Below, one piece after another: positions 17,121-25,458 of a DNA stretch of 64,000 nucleotides. Origin of the DNA: an uncultured Clostridia bacterium. Its GTDB lineage: Bacteria > Bacillota > Clostridia > Christensenellales > UBA1242. The translations under genes and the position numbers were made by a program. Below the pieces are notes generated by a model, which ran no database searches, had not been told where the DNA came from, and saw only the letters and a list, made by a program, of their open reading frames with translations. The first letter of the stretch is position 1, and each line of letters begins with the position of its first letter. The DNA lies in contig CALWEH010000013.1 in NCBI GenBank assembly GCA_944377145.1, positions 26,970 to 90,969 on the forward strand, given 5' to 3'.

Positions 17121-18018
17121 ACTTCCTGTTATTTTAGATGTGGACACTGGAATTGATGATGCTGCTGCAATAATTATGGCTTGCTATCAAAAAAACTTAG
17201 ATGTTCAATTAATTAGTTGTTGTTTTGGCAATACAGATCAAAGCCATGTTGTAAAAAATACAATTACAGTACTTGAAACTATTCATAAAGAAAACATTCC
17301 TGTATGTAAAGGTGCTTCTATTTCTATAACCAATGAATCCAATATGATTAGAGCTCATGGAATAAATGGGTTGGGTGGATATCAAAAAGAAATTCACACC
17401 AAGCCATTATCCATATCATGCTCTCAAGCTATTCATGAAGTTGTAAATAAAAATGAATTCACATATATTATTGCATGCGGTCCATATACAAACATTGCAA
17501 ATTATATAAAAAAATATCCTGAAGATATTGGAAAGTTTAAATTAATAGCTGTAACAGGATCAAATTTTACTGATGATATAGATCCATATTTAAATTTTAA
17601 TATTATGATAGATACAGATAGTATGAAATATGTATTAGATAAAATCCCAAATATAGTATTTTGTACATCTGATATGGGACATAAAGCTTATATCCCTAGC
17701 GACAAATTTATAAAATCAGCAAAATGTAGTGAAGCTGGAAAATTTTTATCAATGCTATATCCTAGTCATAAAGATAGAACTGTTAAAGATGGCGCAGCAC
17801 TTCATGACGCTTGTGGAGTTGCTTGGCTAGCACAACCAAAAATATTTAAAATTAGTTATGCAAAAGCATATTTTAAAATAGCTAAAAATGGAAAAGAATA
17901 TTTAAACTTTGATTATAACGATCCAAATCCAAATGTAGTAGTAACTACAAATATTAATAAAAATAAATTTTATAAATTTTACTATAAAACTTTAAAATCA
18001 ATAAAATACAATAATTAA
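17110..18018 (+). CDS. Inosine/uridine-preferring nucleoside hydrolase family protein
   Basis: N-terminal DxDxxxDD fingerprint PVILDVDTGIDDAAAI. It overlaps the previous gene by 11 nt. Confidence 0.75.
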   Translation: MKNKLPVILDVDTGIDDAAAIIMACYQKNLDVQLISCCFGNTDQSHVVKNTITVLETIHKENIPVCKGASISITNESNMIRAHGINGLGGYQKEIHTKPLSISCSQAIHEVVNKNEFTYIIACGPYTNIANYIKKYPEDIGKFKLIAVTGSNFTDDIDPYLNFNIMIDTDSMKYVLDKIPNIVFCTSDMGHKAYIPSDKFIKSAKCSEAGKFLSMLYPSHKDRTVKDGAALHDACGVAWLAQPKIFKISYAKAYFKIAKNGKEYLNFDYNDPNPNVVVTTNINKNKFYKFYYKTLKSIKYNN

Positions 18019-18045
18019 ATTTGATTAATAAATTTTTAACATAAA

Positions 18046-18077
18046 AAAATATCTTATAAATTCTTATAAGATATTTT
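18046..18077. terminator. Bidirectional terminator between convergent genes
   Basis: 13-bp perfect stem AAAATATCTTATA / TATAAGATATTTT with a 6-nt loop and A/T runs on both sides. Confidence 0.65.
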
Positions 18078-18085
18078 TAAATTAA

Positions 18086-19243
18086 TTATCCTACTACCCA
18101 ATATCCATTATTTAATACACATTCTGTAGATAGTTTTATCATACTACTTGTTGCAGGTTTAACTCCTGCAAATTTACATGAATATATGTTTATCATAGAA
18201 TTTTCATTCTCTTTTATGTTTCCAGTTGAAGATGATCCTGTATATGCATTAGAAATTACAACATTGCTAGTTTTTGCTTCCATAACACAATTTATAATAT
18301 CAATATTAAATTGAGTTACAGTTTCCACTCCATTTTCAAGAGTTGTATATGAATCTGTAGTTAAACAGGCTCCTGCAGCAACGAAATCTACATTCTCTGC
18401 ACTTTCAGAATTCTGTGGAGTTTGATCACCTATAGTTAAGCCATTGTTTATAAGCTCACATGTATCTAATTTCACATAACCCTGTTTTACATATACTGCA
18501 TCTCCACCTTCAAAATAGCAATTTGTAAATATAAAAGTACTTTTACTATTTACATATAAGCCAACAGATGTATTTCTAGCATTGCTATTTATTGCACGAC
18601 CAATAAATTTGCAATTATTAGCTGTAACGCTAATATTTTCACTTGTATCATTTGCATATATAGGAGTACAACTTTCTCCCTCTGCAATACATTCTACATT
18701 ATTTAAATTTAAATTAATAGAATCAGTTTGACCATTATTATGAAATTCAAATATATGAGATAAATTTGTAGATTGTATTCTACCATTTTCAATATTTAAA
18801 GTTATTTTCCCGTATGGAGACATTAAACTAAAGAATGAAAAAGTGTCTTTTACCCCTTCTGTAGCATTTTTATAATATAAAGTGTTTCCGTTTAAATTTA
18901 AATTAATGATTAAATTAAGTTCTTCTGTTAAAACATTATCATTTGAAATATAACTACGCAATTCAACTGCACCAAATTCAAAATCTTCATCTAATACAAT
19001 TTTATCTGTAGCTGATACTGAATTCATAATTTCAGCAAATGTTAAATTTGTATCAAAGTTAGAGATATGCCCCTCTTCACATTGCTGAGTATAATAAATA
19101 TCCTCACCTATATGAAAAGTTTTACCTTCAACATAAGTGTGAACATGTTCTTCCTTATTATTAAAAGCAATAGCCACAGTAATGCCAGCTAATACTATAC
19201 ATGCTATAGAAGCTGCTATTAAAATGATTTTACTTTTTTTCAT
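18086..19243 (-). CDS. Membrane-anchored or secreted protein with parallel beta-helix-like repeats
   Basis: N-terminal TM or signal sequence KIILIAASIACIVLAGITVAIA. Repeated turns of the type NNCKF, TNCYF, DTCELI, INCVM and YSCKF. Confidence 0.5.
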   Translation of the reverse strand: MKKSKIILIAASIACIVLAGITVAIAFNNKEEHVHTYVEGKTFHIGEDIYYTQQCEEGHISNFDTNLTFAEIMNSVSATDKIVLDEDFEFGAVELRSYISNDNVLTEELNLIINLNLNGNTLYYKNATEGVKDTFSFFSLMSPYGKITLNIENGRIQSTNLSHIFEFHNNGQTDSINLNLNNVECIAEGESCTPIYANDTSENISVTANNCKFIGRAINSNARNTSVGLYVNSKSTFIFTNCYFEGGDAVYVKQGYVKLDTCELINNGLTIGDQTPQNSESAENVDFVAAGACLTTDSYTTLENGVETVTQFNIDIINCVMEAKTSNVVISNAYTGSSSTGNIKENENSMINIYSCKFAGVKPATSSMIKLSTECVLNNGYWVVG

Positions 19244-19387
19244 AAATCCCCTTTCCTATTAATAAATAGTATAAACAATTTCGACATATAAATCAAATAT
19301 TTTTAATAATTTTTTAATTTTGTTATAAAATTTATAATTTTAATATATAAAAAATAAAGGACAGTGATAAATCTTTTGAAACTTCCA

Positions 19388-19430
19388 AAACAATAAAAAA
19401 GGAGCATTATCAATTATTTAACAATGTTCC
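19388..19430 (-). terminator. Putative terminator ending the RiPP-like operon
   Basis: On the minus strand, GGAACATT...AATGCTCC forms an imperfect stem with one mismatch. It is followed by TTTTTTATTGTTTT. Confidence 0.35.
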
Positions 19431-19566
19431 ATTTTTAATCTCAAAAAATCTTAAATTAAAATTATATTTTTTATATTTCATTTTCTTATCATGCTATTTA
19501 GCCATTTATCTATAAAAATATTTTTCTTTATTTGCTTAAACATAATATCATTAATATTAATATAAA

Positions 19567-21315
19567 TTAATCCTCAAATTCTATTATTCCTGTCCTACCA
19601 TCAAGTTTAATGAAAGACTTTTGTGAAAGAATATCAATGCTTTTATGCCCTATACCACAAATACAAGGCACCCCCAATTCTCGTGCTATTATAGCAGCAT
19701 GACACAGCATTCCTCCTTCTGCAGTTATTATTGCAGAAACCTCCATTAATGCTGGAACCCACCCTGGATCAGTATAATCCGCCAACAATATTTTGTTTTT
19801 TAAGTATTCTTTTGATTGTGGGTTTTCTTTTAAAAATACGGGAACTCCAGAGCGTTTGCCAACTGAAGCAGGGATTCCAATTATTTGTTTTTCGTTCTCA
19901 AATATATTAGTTTGAATTTTTGAAAAAATTTTTGTTGCCGGTCTAAACTGTAAAAATATTAAGTTATTATCTTTTATACAAAACTCAAAATCTGAAATTA
20001 TACCCATCTTTATTTGTAAATTAAGCAAATAACTTCCAACTGATTGATTTTTAAATTTGAGTCTGTTTTTTTGCTTTTTGTTATCCCAAAACTCATAAAA
20101 TGGTGTAACTTTACCAGAAACTAATTTTTCACCATCCCCATTCACATATTCCAAATGACCACTTTGCAATGTTTTTCCTATCCACACTCCAGCATATTCA
20201 GGCGAATAATATTTTTGCAGAACTACAGCCATACATGGTCTTTCTATTTTAAATTTATTAACATAAGAATTAACCCTATCACTATCAACTGATGAAAAAA
20301 CATTGGCTATAGAATTGTAAAGTTTATTTTTCCCAATATTCAATTCTGTGTTAAAAAGCCCTGCAAATGAATAGTTTTCTCCATCTTCCACAGTTGCTGA
20401 ACTTCTTACGGCATAAGAAATATTTGGCAACTTTTCAATTTCATCCACATATAGCCCCTTTTCTAGTGAGGCTACCGGTATAACATATGTTTTAGGCATT
20501 TCTATATTATTTGCTTTTAATTTAGCTAATCCTAAACTTTTTCCTCCAATAACAGCACTTAAATCTTTAAATATATAACTATTATTAAATTTAGCAATAG
20601 TTTCAATATCTATAATAGGACAAATATTTAAGAAATATAAAGAATACAATGTCTGTTTTTTAAACTTTTTTAAATAAGGGAATTTATCTACTGCATAACA
20701 TTCAAAATCATTACGCAATTTGCGATGTCTTTCTAAAATTACTTTTTTATGATACATATTTTGATCGTCTTGCCAATGTTTTAAAAATATATATAATTCA
20801 ATTATTGAATTATTTATAGTATTTATATTTTTTTGTTTTAATATACCATTTAATATTGAAGGATTTTTTTTGTCAATCTTAGACAAAACTGATAAATAAC
20901 CTTTACCATATTCTTTCTGTAATTGAGCATTTAAATATTCTGTAATTATACTTCCCTCAACAATCAATTCTATGAAACCATAATAGCAATACAATTCTCT
21001 TTCATAGAAATATTTTTCATCTATCTTGCTATCACAAGTATCAATATAATTAATTAATTTTGCAATTTTCTTTCTAATTAGCATAATGATCCTATTTAAG
21101 TTGTTTATTGAATAATCCAAATTTATTTTATCTAAAACATTAAAAAAAAATCTGCTAATTCTTGGATTAATTAAAGCATCTAAAGTTATTATTTCTATCC
21201 ATTGTTCGTCTCTGGCAAAATCTTTTAATTTCTTCAAAAAATGCACAAACTTTCTATATGTTTGCATATTAAATTTGTATATATCAGATTTCAATATATA
21301 ATTAAAATATAGCAT
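19567..21315 (-). CDS. PEP/pyruvate-binding (PPDK_N-type ATP-grasp) plus PEP-utilising swivel-His domain protein, similar to PpsA or rifampin phosphotransferase, with an unrecognised N-terminal extension of about 255 aa
   Basis: GGKSLGLAKLKANNIEMPKTYVIP and VRSSATVEDGENYSFAGLF (PPDK_N). The C-terminal region ADYTDPGWVPALMEVSAIITAEGGMLCHAAIIARELGVPCICGI is the phosphohistidine swivel domain. AAGAGGTG RBS. No PEP-binding TIM-barrel domain is present. Confidence 0.7.
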   Translation of the reverse strand: MLYFNYILKSDIYKFNMQTYRKFVHFLKKLKDFARDEQWIEIITLDALINPRISRFFFNVLDKINLDYSINNLNRIIMLIRKKIAKLINYIDTCDSKIDEKYFYERELYCYYGFIELIVEGSIITEYLNAQLQKEYGKGYLSVLSKIDKKNPSILNGILKQKNINTINNSIIELYIFLKHWQDDQNMYHKKVILERHRKLRNDFECYAVDKFPYLKKFKKQTLYSLYFLNICPIIDIETIAKFNNSYIFKDLSAVIGGKSLGLAKLKANNIEMPKTYVIPVASLEKGLYVDEIEKLPNISYAVRSSATVEDGENYSFAGLFNTELNIGKNKLYNSIANVFSSVDSDRVNSYVNKFKIERPCMAVVLQKYYSPEYAGVWIGKTLQSGHLEYVNGDGEKLVSGKVTPFYEFWDNKKQKNRLKFKNQSVGSYLLNLQIKMGIISDFEFCIKDNNLIFLQFRPATKIFSKIQTNIFENEKQIIGIPASVGKRSGVPVFLKENPQSKEYLKNKILLADYTDPGWVPALMEVSAIITAEGGMLCHAAIIARELGVPCICGIGHKSIDILSQKSFIKLDGRTGIIEFED

Positions 21316-21344
21316 AATAACACCTCTTTATAAACTATTATTTA

Positions 21345-22442
21345 TTAACAAGAAACACCAGTATAAATAGTTTGTTCTTTTAAAAACTTATGAAAGTTAT
21401 CTTTATTTAGTTTCTTTAAGGCATTTAACTCATCTTTCAATTTCATATTATAATTTCTTGTCAACTTATGATACAGATTATTTGATTGTTTTTCACTATT
21501 TCTATATTCATTATTTTTTAATACTTTTAAATAATTTACAATACTATCAAAATTATCATTTTCAAAAAGAATATTATTTATATAATTATCAATTTCTTTT
21601 ATTACACTATTTAAAACTTCACTCTCACACTTAATTTCAACAATAAGCATATAAATATTTTGTATAAAAACATATGCATGTTCCATACTATATATTAACC
21701 CTTTCTCATTTCTTAAAACCTTGGACAAACCATGGTTTTCTGAAAAATTAAGATATTCTAAAACTTCCATATTAATTTTATCTTTTCCAAAAGAATAATC
21801 TGGAATAACCAAAATAATTGTACAATAATCCTCAACCTTTTTTAATTGACACGAAACAACTTCAAAGTTGTATTTATTTATATCATAATATTTGGATGTT
21901 TTATAATATTTACCATCAACATCTAAAATGATATTATCTATAACAATATTTTTATTTATAAATTCTATAAATTCACTGTAATTTATTTTTAATATGTTTT
22001 TATATAGCCCTTGTATAGACAGTGTATTGGTTTTTAACGATTGTTTAAACATAGAAAGCAAAATACGTTCTTCATCCGTTTCTTCATATAATTTTTCTTC
22101 TCGTAACAAAATATTTTTTTCCATATAAAAAACTTTTTCTGCACTTGACACATCCCGCAACTTTTCTATGATTTTATCATAAATTAATCTTCTAGGAGAT
22201 TTTATTATGTCAATCTCAATATCTATATAATCAAAATTTGTAACACCAAAAACCATAGCCCCTCTTGTCTGAAACCAATAATCATTCTCAAATAAAGACA
22301 CTAAGATATGTTCAAATATATGTGCATAAATTGATGAACTTTCATTGCTAATACTATACTTAATTATTAATTGAGCTTTACTAAATCTCACAAACACTTC
22401 CCTCACTACATAAAAAATTTTTATCAATTTGATTAAATCCAT
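21345..22442 (-). CDS. M16 (pitrilysin/insulinase) family zinc peptidase-like protein
   Basis: Inverted zinc motif HxxEH (YAHIFEHIL) with a Glu-rich segment (MEKNILLREEKLYEE) about 65-75 residues downstream. The track start overlaps the ABC-F gene by 62 nt. A GTG at 22391 preceded by GAGGGAAG would give an 11-nt overlap. Confidence 0.55.
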   Translation of the reverse strand: MDLIKLIKIFYVVREVFVRFSKAQLIIKYSISNESSSIYAHIFEHILVSLFENDYWFQTRGAMVFGVTNFDYIDIEIDIIKSPRRLIYDKIIEKLRDVSSAEKVFYMEKNILLREEKLYEETDEERILLSMFKQSLKTNTLSIQGLYKNILKINYSEFIEFINKNIVIDNIILDVDGKYYKTSKYYDINKYNFEVVSCQLKKVEDYCTIILVIPDYSFGKDKINMEVLEYLNFSENHGLSKVLRNEKGLIYSMEHAYVFIQNIYMLIVEIKCESEVLNSVIKEIDNYINNILFENDNFDSIVNYLKVLKNNEYRNSEKQSNNLYHKLTRNYNMKLKDELNALKKLNKDNFHKFLKEQTIYTGVSC

Positions 22443-23967
22443 TAGATGTTAATTCATATATTTCGTCTGCAACTTCTAAAATAAATTTCCTATCATGCGA
22501 AACAGACACTATTGCACCTTTATAATCTTTAAAAGCCCTTCTTATAACAGGATTTGATAATGGACTCAAATTTCTTGTAGGTTCATCCAATATTAGTAAA
22601 TCGGCATCACTTAAAACTAACTTTAATATATATAATTTTGCCTTTTGACCACCTGATAATTCTTTAATTTTCCCCTCAACTTCATCAATAGTAAATTTCA
22701 TGCTACCTAAATACGTTCTTGCTTTTGTTATCTCATCTTTATTTTGACAAAAAGAGTTTATAAATTCAATAACTGTTTCATTTTGATTTAGATATTCATC
22801 ATAATTTTGTGGCATATATGCAACTTTAATTTCTCCAGCCTCATGTATTGACGCATATAATTTTTTCAAAAAGGTTGTTTTCCCTACACCATTATCACCA
22901 ACAATTACATACTTCTTTGAGCCAATCATATTTAAATGCAGATTCTGAGCCAAAAATTTTTCTCCAATATTCAATTTTGACAAATTAAAATCAAAAATAG
23001 TCCTAGTAAGAGATGATAAACTTTCGCTCATCTTCACAGTTATTGCTTCTTCTGGATTTGGAATATCTCTAAAATTTTCTCTTTGTTTTTCAAATCTTTT
23101 TTCTTGAGATTTTACAGATTTCATCTTCTTTTTCAACAACCTTGCACCTGCTGGATCTTGGCGGGATATAGTATTTAATTCATGATCAACTCTGTTATAA
23201 ACCTGCCTCCATTTTTCCATTCTAGCAAAATCTTCTGCACGTTCTTTAAGAGCTAATTGTTCTTCCTTTTGCAACATTAGATTTCTTTCTCGAATATAAT
23301 CTTGATAAGACAATCTTTTAAATGTACATTTTGTAACTTGCTTCTTTTTTAATTGTTCAATATGCAATATGGCGTTAGCAGTTCTTTCTAATAATGTTTC
23401 ATCATGTGAAATATACATAATAGGATTGTCTCTTTTTAATATAAATTTTTCTAACCATTGCAGCGATTTTATGTCTAGATCATTTGTTGGTTCATCAAGA
23501 ATTAAAATATCAGGTTCTTTCAATAATATTTTCAACAGTTGAATCTTTATTTTTTCTCCACCAGACAAGTTTTCAATTAAAACATCGTTTTCTAAAACAC
23601 TTGTATCGAAATTTAACAAGGAAGCAATTTTATATAATCTGTCAAAATCATTATACCTCTCAAAGTCATCCTCTGCATTTGGATCATCTTTTAGAAAGAA
23701 AGATGTTACGGTTTGTAAATTCCATTCCGTTTGGATAAATTGGCTTAAATATCCAATTGAGTATCCATGTTTATTAATTTTGCCTTCTACACTGGCATAT
23801 CTTACCATATTTCTATCAATTATAGCCTTAATAAGTGTGCTTTTCCCATTTCCTTCTTCTCCAATAATAGCAAGTTTATCTCCCTCATTTAAAGAAAAAC
23901 TTAAATTATCAATGAGTTTGCGCCCATTTTTATTAATAGTTATAGTCAATTTATCCACATCCAACAT
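22381..23967 (-). CDS. ABC-F type ATPase: two ABC domains, a long charged linker and no transmembrane domain
   Basis: Domain 1 has GEEGNGKST, LSGGEKIKIQL and ILILDEPTNDLD. Domain 2 has GDNGVGKTT, LSGGQKAKLYIL and LLILDEPTRNLS. A basic helical linker of about 90 aa (KERAEDFARMEKWRQ...KKKMKSVKSQEKRFEKQREN) joins them. Confidence 0.8.
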   Translation of the reverse strand: MLDVDKLTITINKNGRKLIDNLSFSLNEGDKLAIIGEEGNGKSTLIKAIIDRNMVRYASVEGKINKHGYSIGYLSQFIQTEWNLQTVTSFFLKDDPNAEDDFERYNDFDRLYKIASLLNFDTSVLENDVLIENLSGGEKIKIQLLKILLKEPDILILDEPTNDLDIKSLQWLEKFILKRDNPIMYISHDETLLERTANAILHIEQLKKKQVTKCTFKRLSYQDYIRERNLMLQKEEQLALKERAEDFARMEKWRQVYNRVDHELNTISRQDPAGARLLKKKMKSVKSQEKRFEKQRENFRDIPNPEEAITVKMSESLSSLTRTIFDFNLSKLNIGEKFLAQNLHLNMIGSKKYVIVGDNGVGKTTFLKKLYASIHEAGEIKVAYMPQNYDEYLNQNETVIEFINSFCQNKDEITKARTYLGSMKFTIDEVEGKIKELSGGQKAKLYILKLVLSDADLLILDEPTRNLSPLSNPVIRRAFKDYKGAIVSVSHDRKFILEVADEIYELTSNGFNQIDKNFLCSEGSVCEI

Positions 23968-23970
23968 TTA

Positions 23971-25062
23971 CTATTCTCCTTTAGATAAATATTTTATAGC
24001 AAGCAATTTTTTATTCAAGTTATCCAGTAGTTCTTTTTGACAATCATTAGATTTTTTAATTCCAGTTTTTAAAAAACCATTAAATCTACAGCCACTATTG
24101 CATAATGGAATAAATTTACATCCTTTATTAAAACAATCTTTGTAAAGTTCTGGATATAAGTAATTTGGTAACTTCTTATCATTGTAAATGGATGATTCAA
24201 CAAATTCTTTTCTACCCACTCCACTTAAACATTTATAAATGTCTCCATTAGGATAAATAACAAAAGCATTATCCAATTTAGCTGTGCACATTCCCTCAAG
24301 CATAAACAGATCTTGCATCTCAAAACCAAGGTCTATAGTTTTTTTATATAAAATACAATATGCTTCTACCATTTTTTCTTCTTTCAACATATTAGCAGAT
24401 ATAAAATTCTCTGCAGATGTATTATTATAAGTGTCTGAAATATAACCTAAAGATAATATAATTTTCTCTGCACCAAATAAATCTTTTAGCTGTGGTAGAT
24501 ATTCTGCAACTTGAATATAATTTGATTGATCAAAATTTAAACGAATACTTATTTTCTCAATCAAATCGTTGTCTAGAATATATTTTAAATTATTTACAAT
24601 GGTAGAATAACTATCTTCGCCCGAATTCATAACTCTTCGAGAATTATGAATTTCTTTAGGACCATCTATAGTAACTTGTAGCCTTTGCCAGTTATATTTG
24701 TACAACAAATCACTCTTTTCTTTTGTTAACAAATATCCATTAGTAACAATTTGTGTCCGATATTTAATATTATACAAATTAGATAAATTATCTAATTTTT
24801 CCAATATATAAGGAACAACTTTCCAGTTTACCGTAGGTTCCCCACCATGCAATATATATGTTGCACTACGAATTTCGGGATGATTCTTAATATGATTTTT
24901 AAGATAATTAATTATTTCATCAACTTTATCTTGAGAAAGAAAATGATGCCTTTCAATTCCAGATTGATAACAATAAACACAATTGAAATTACATGCTGTG
25001 GTAGGCAAAATGTGTACACTTAAATGATTAAAATTTCTATGTTGCTTTAACAAGGCCTCCAT
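23971..25062 (-). CDS. Radical SAM enzyme with a SPASM-type auxiliary-cluster domain (peptide-modifying maturase type)
   Basis: CNFNCVYC (CxxxCxxC) near the N-terminus. The C-terminal seven-Cys pattern is C-x13-G-x4-C ... C-x4-C-x5-C-x3-C ... C. It starts 16 nt inside the preceding PqqD-like ORF. Confidence 0.8.
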   Translation of the reverse strand: MEALLKQHRNFNHLSVHILPTTACNFNCVYCYQSGIERHHFLSQDKVDEIINYLKNHIKNHPEIRSATYILHGGEPTVNWKVVPYILEKLDNLSNLYNIKYRTQIVTNGYLLTKEKSDLLYKYNWQRLQVTIDGPKEIHNSRRVMNSGEDSYSTIVNNLKYILDNDLIEKISIRLNFDQSNYIQVAEYLPQLKDLFGAEKIILSLGYISDTYNNTSAENFISANMLKEEKMVEAYCILYKKTIDLGFEMQDLFMLEGMCTAKLDNAFVIYPNGDIYKCLSGVGRKEFVESSIYNDKKLPNYLYPELYKDCFNKGCKFIPLCNSGCRFNGFLKTGIKKSNDCQKELLDNLNKKLLAIKYLSKGE

Positions 25063-25283
25063 ATAGTTTTTTCTTCATCAATATTGTCATCTATCAAGAA
25101 TTCATTTTCTATTAGAATATTTTTTATTTTGAAAAATTTATCTTTATTCAAAATATTCACATCCTTTTCGATTAGCTTAACAATATCATTATTTAGTATT
25201 AAAACCGCTTCATTCATGGTATTGTATAATACCACTTCGTTATTTTTATTTTCTGATTTTAAATAAAATTGCGTTAATTTCAT
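25047..25283 (-). CDS. PqqD-like small protein (stand-alone RiPP recognition element/peptide chaperone)
   Basis: 78 aa. The pattern VVLYNTMNEAVLILNNDIVKLIEK is typical of the PqqD family. GGGAGGAAG RBS. Translationally coupled to the radical SAM gene. Confidence 0.55.
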   Translation of the reverse strand: MKLTQFYLKSENKNNEVVLYNTMNEAVLILNNDIVKLIEKDVNILNKDKFFKIKNILIENEFLIDDNIDEEKTIWRPC

Positions 25284-25313
25284 TTTCTTCCTCCCAATAA
25301 AATGTGAATTAAC

Positions 25314-25409
25314 TTATGCTCTTTGACCGCAGCAACTATCTTTACTAAACGCTATAGAACTTTTTAAAATAGATTTAGACTTTCTTGCTTTTTTAATTAT
25401 CTTAATCAT
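25314..25409 (-). CDS. Unannotated 31-aa ORF, candidate RiPP precursor peptide: MIKIIKKARKSKSILKSSIAFSKDSCCGQRA
   Basis: My own translation. The ATG at 25409 has AGGAGG 7 nt upstream. TAA stop at 25316-25314. The ORF ends 30 nt upstream of the PqqD-like gene. The N-terminal half is basic and Ser-rich, and the C-terminus carries Cys-Cys. A sigma-A-like promoter lies immediately upstream. Confidence 0.5.
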   Translation of the reverse strand: MIKIIKKARKSKSILKSSIAFSKDSCCGQRA

Positions 25410-25429
25410 ATCTATCCCTCCTTATTTTT

Positions 25430-25458
25430 ATATTAACAAATTTTGATACGAAAGTCAA
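25430..25458 (-). promoter_or_regulatory. Sigma-A-type promoter candidate for the RiPP-like operon
   Basis: The minus strand reads TTGACT, a 17-nt spacer, then TAATAT. The -10 ends about 20 nt upstream of the precursor ATG, so the 5' UTR would be very short. Confidence 0.4.

Noticed and set aside
15847-17397. Minus-strand ORFs 15847..16110, 16874..17065 and 17209..17397
   Set aside because: They lie inside well-supported plus-strand genes (ABC permease, membrane protein, nucleoside hydrolase). They have no RBS and low-complexity translations.
23484-25266. Plus-strand ORFs 23484..23738, 23780..24040 and 25084..25266
   Set aside because: They are antisense to the ABC-F, rSAM and PqqD-like genes of the operon. 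None has start signals.
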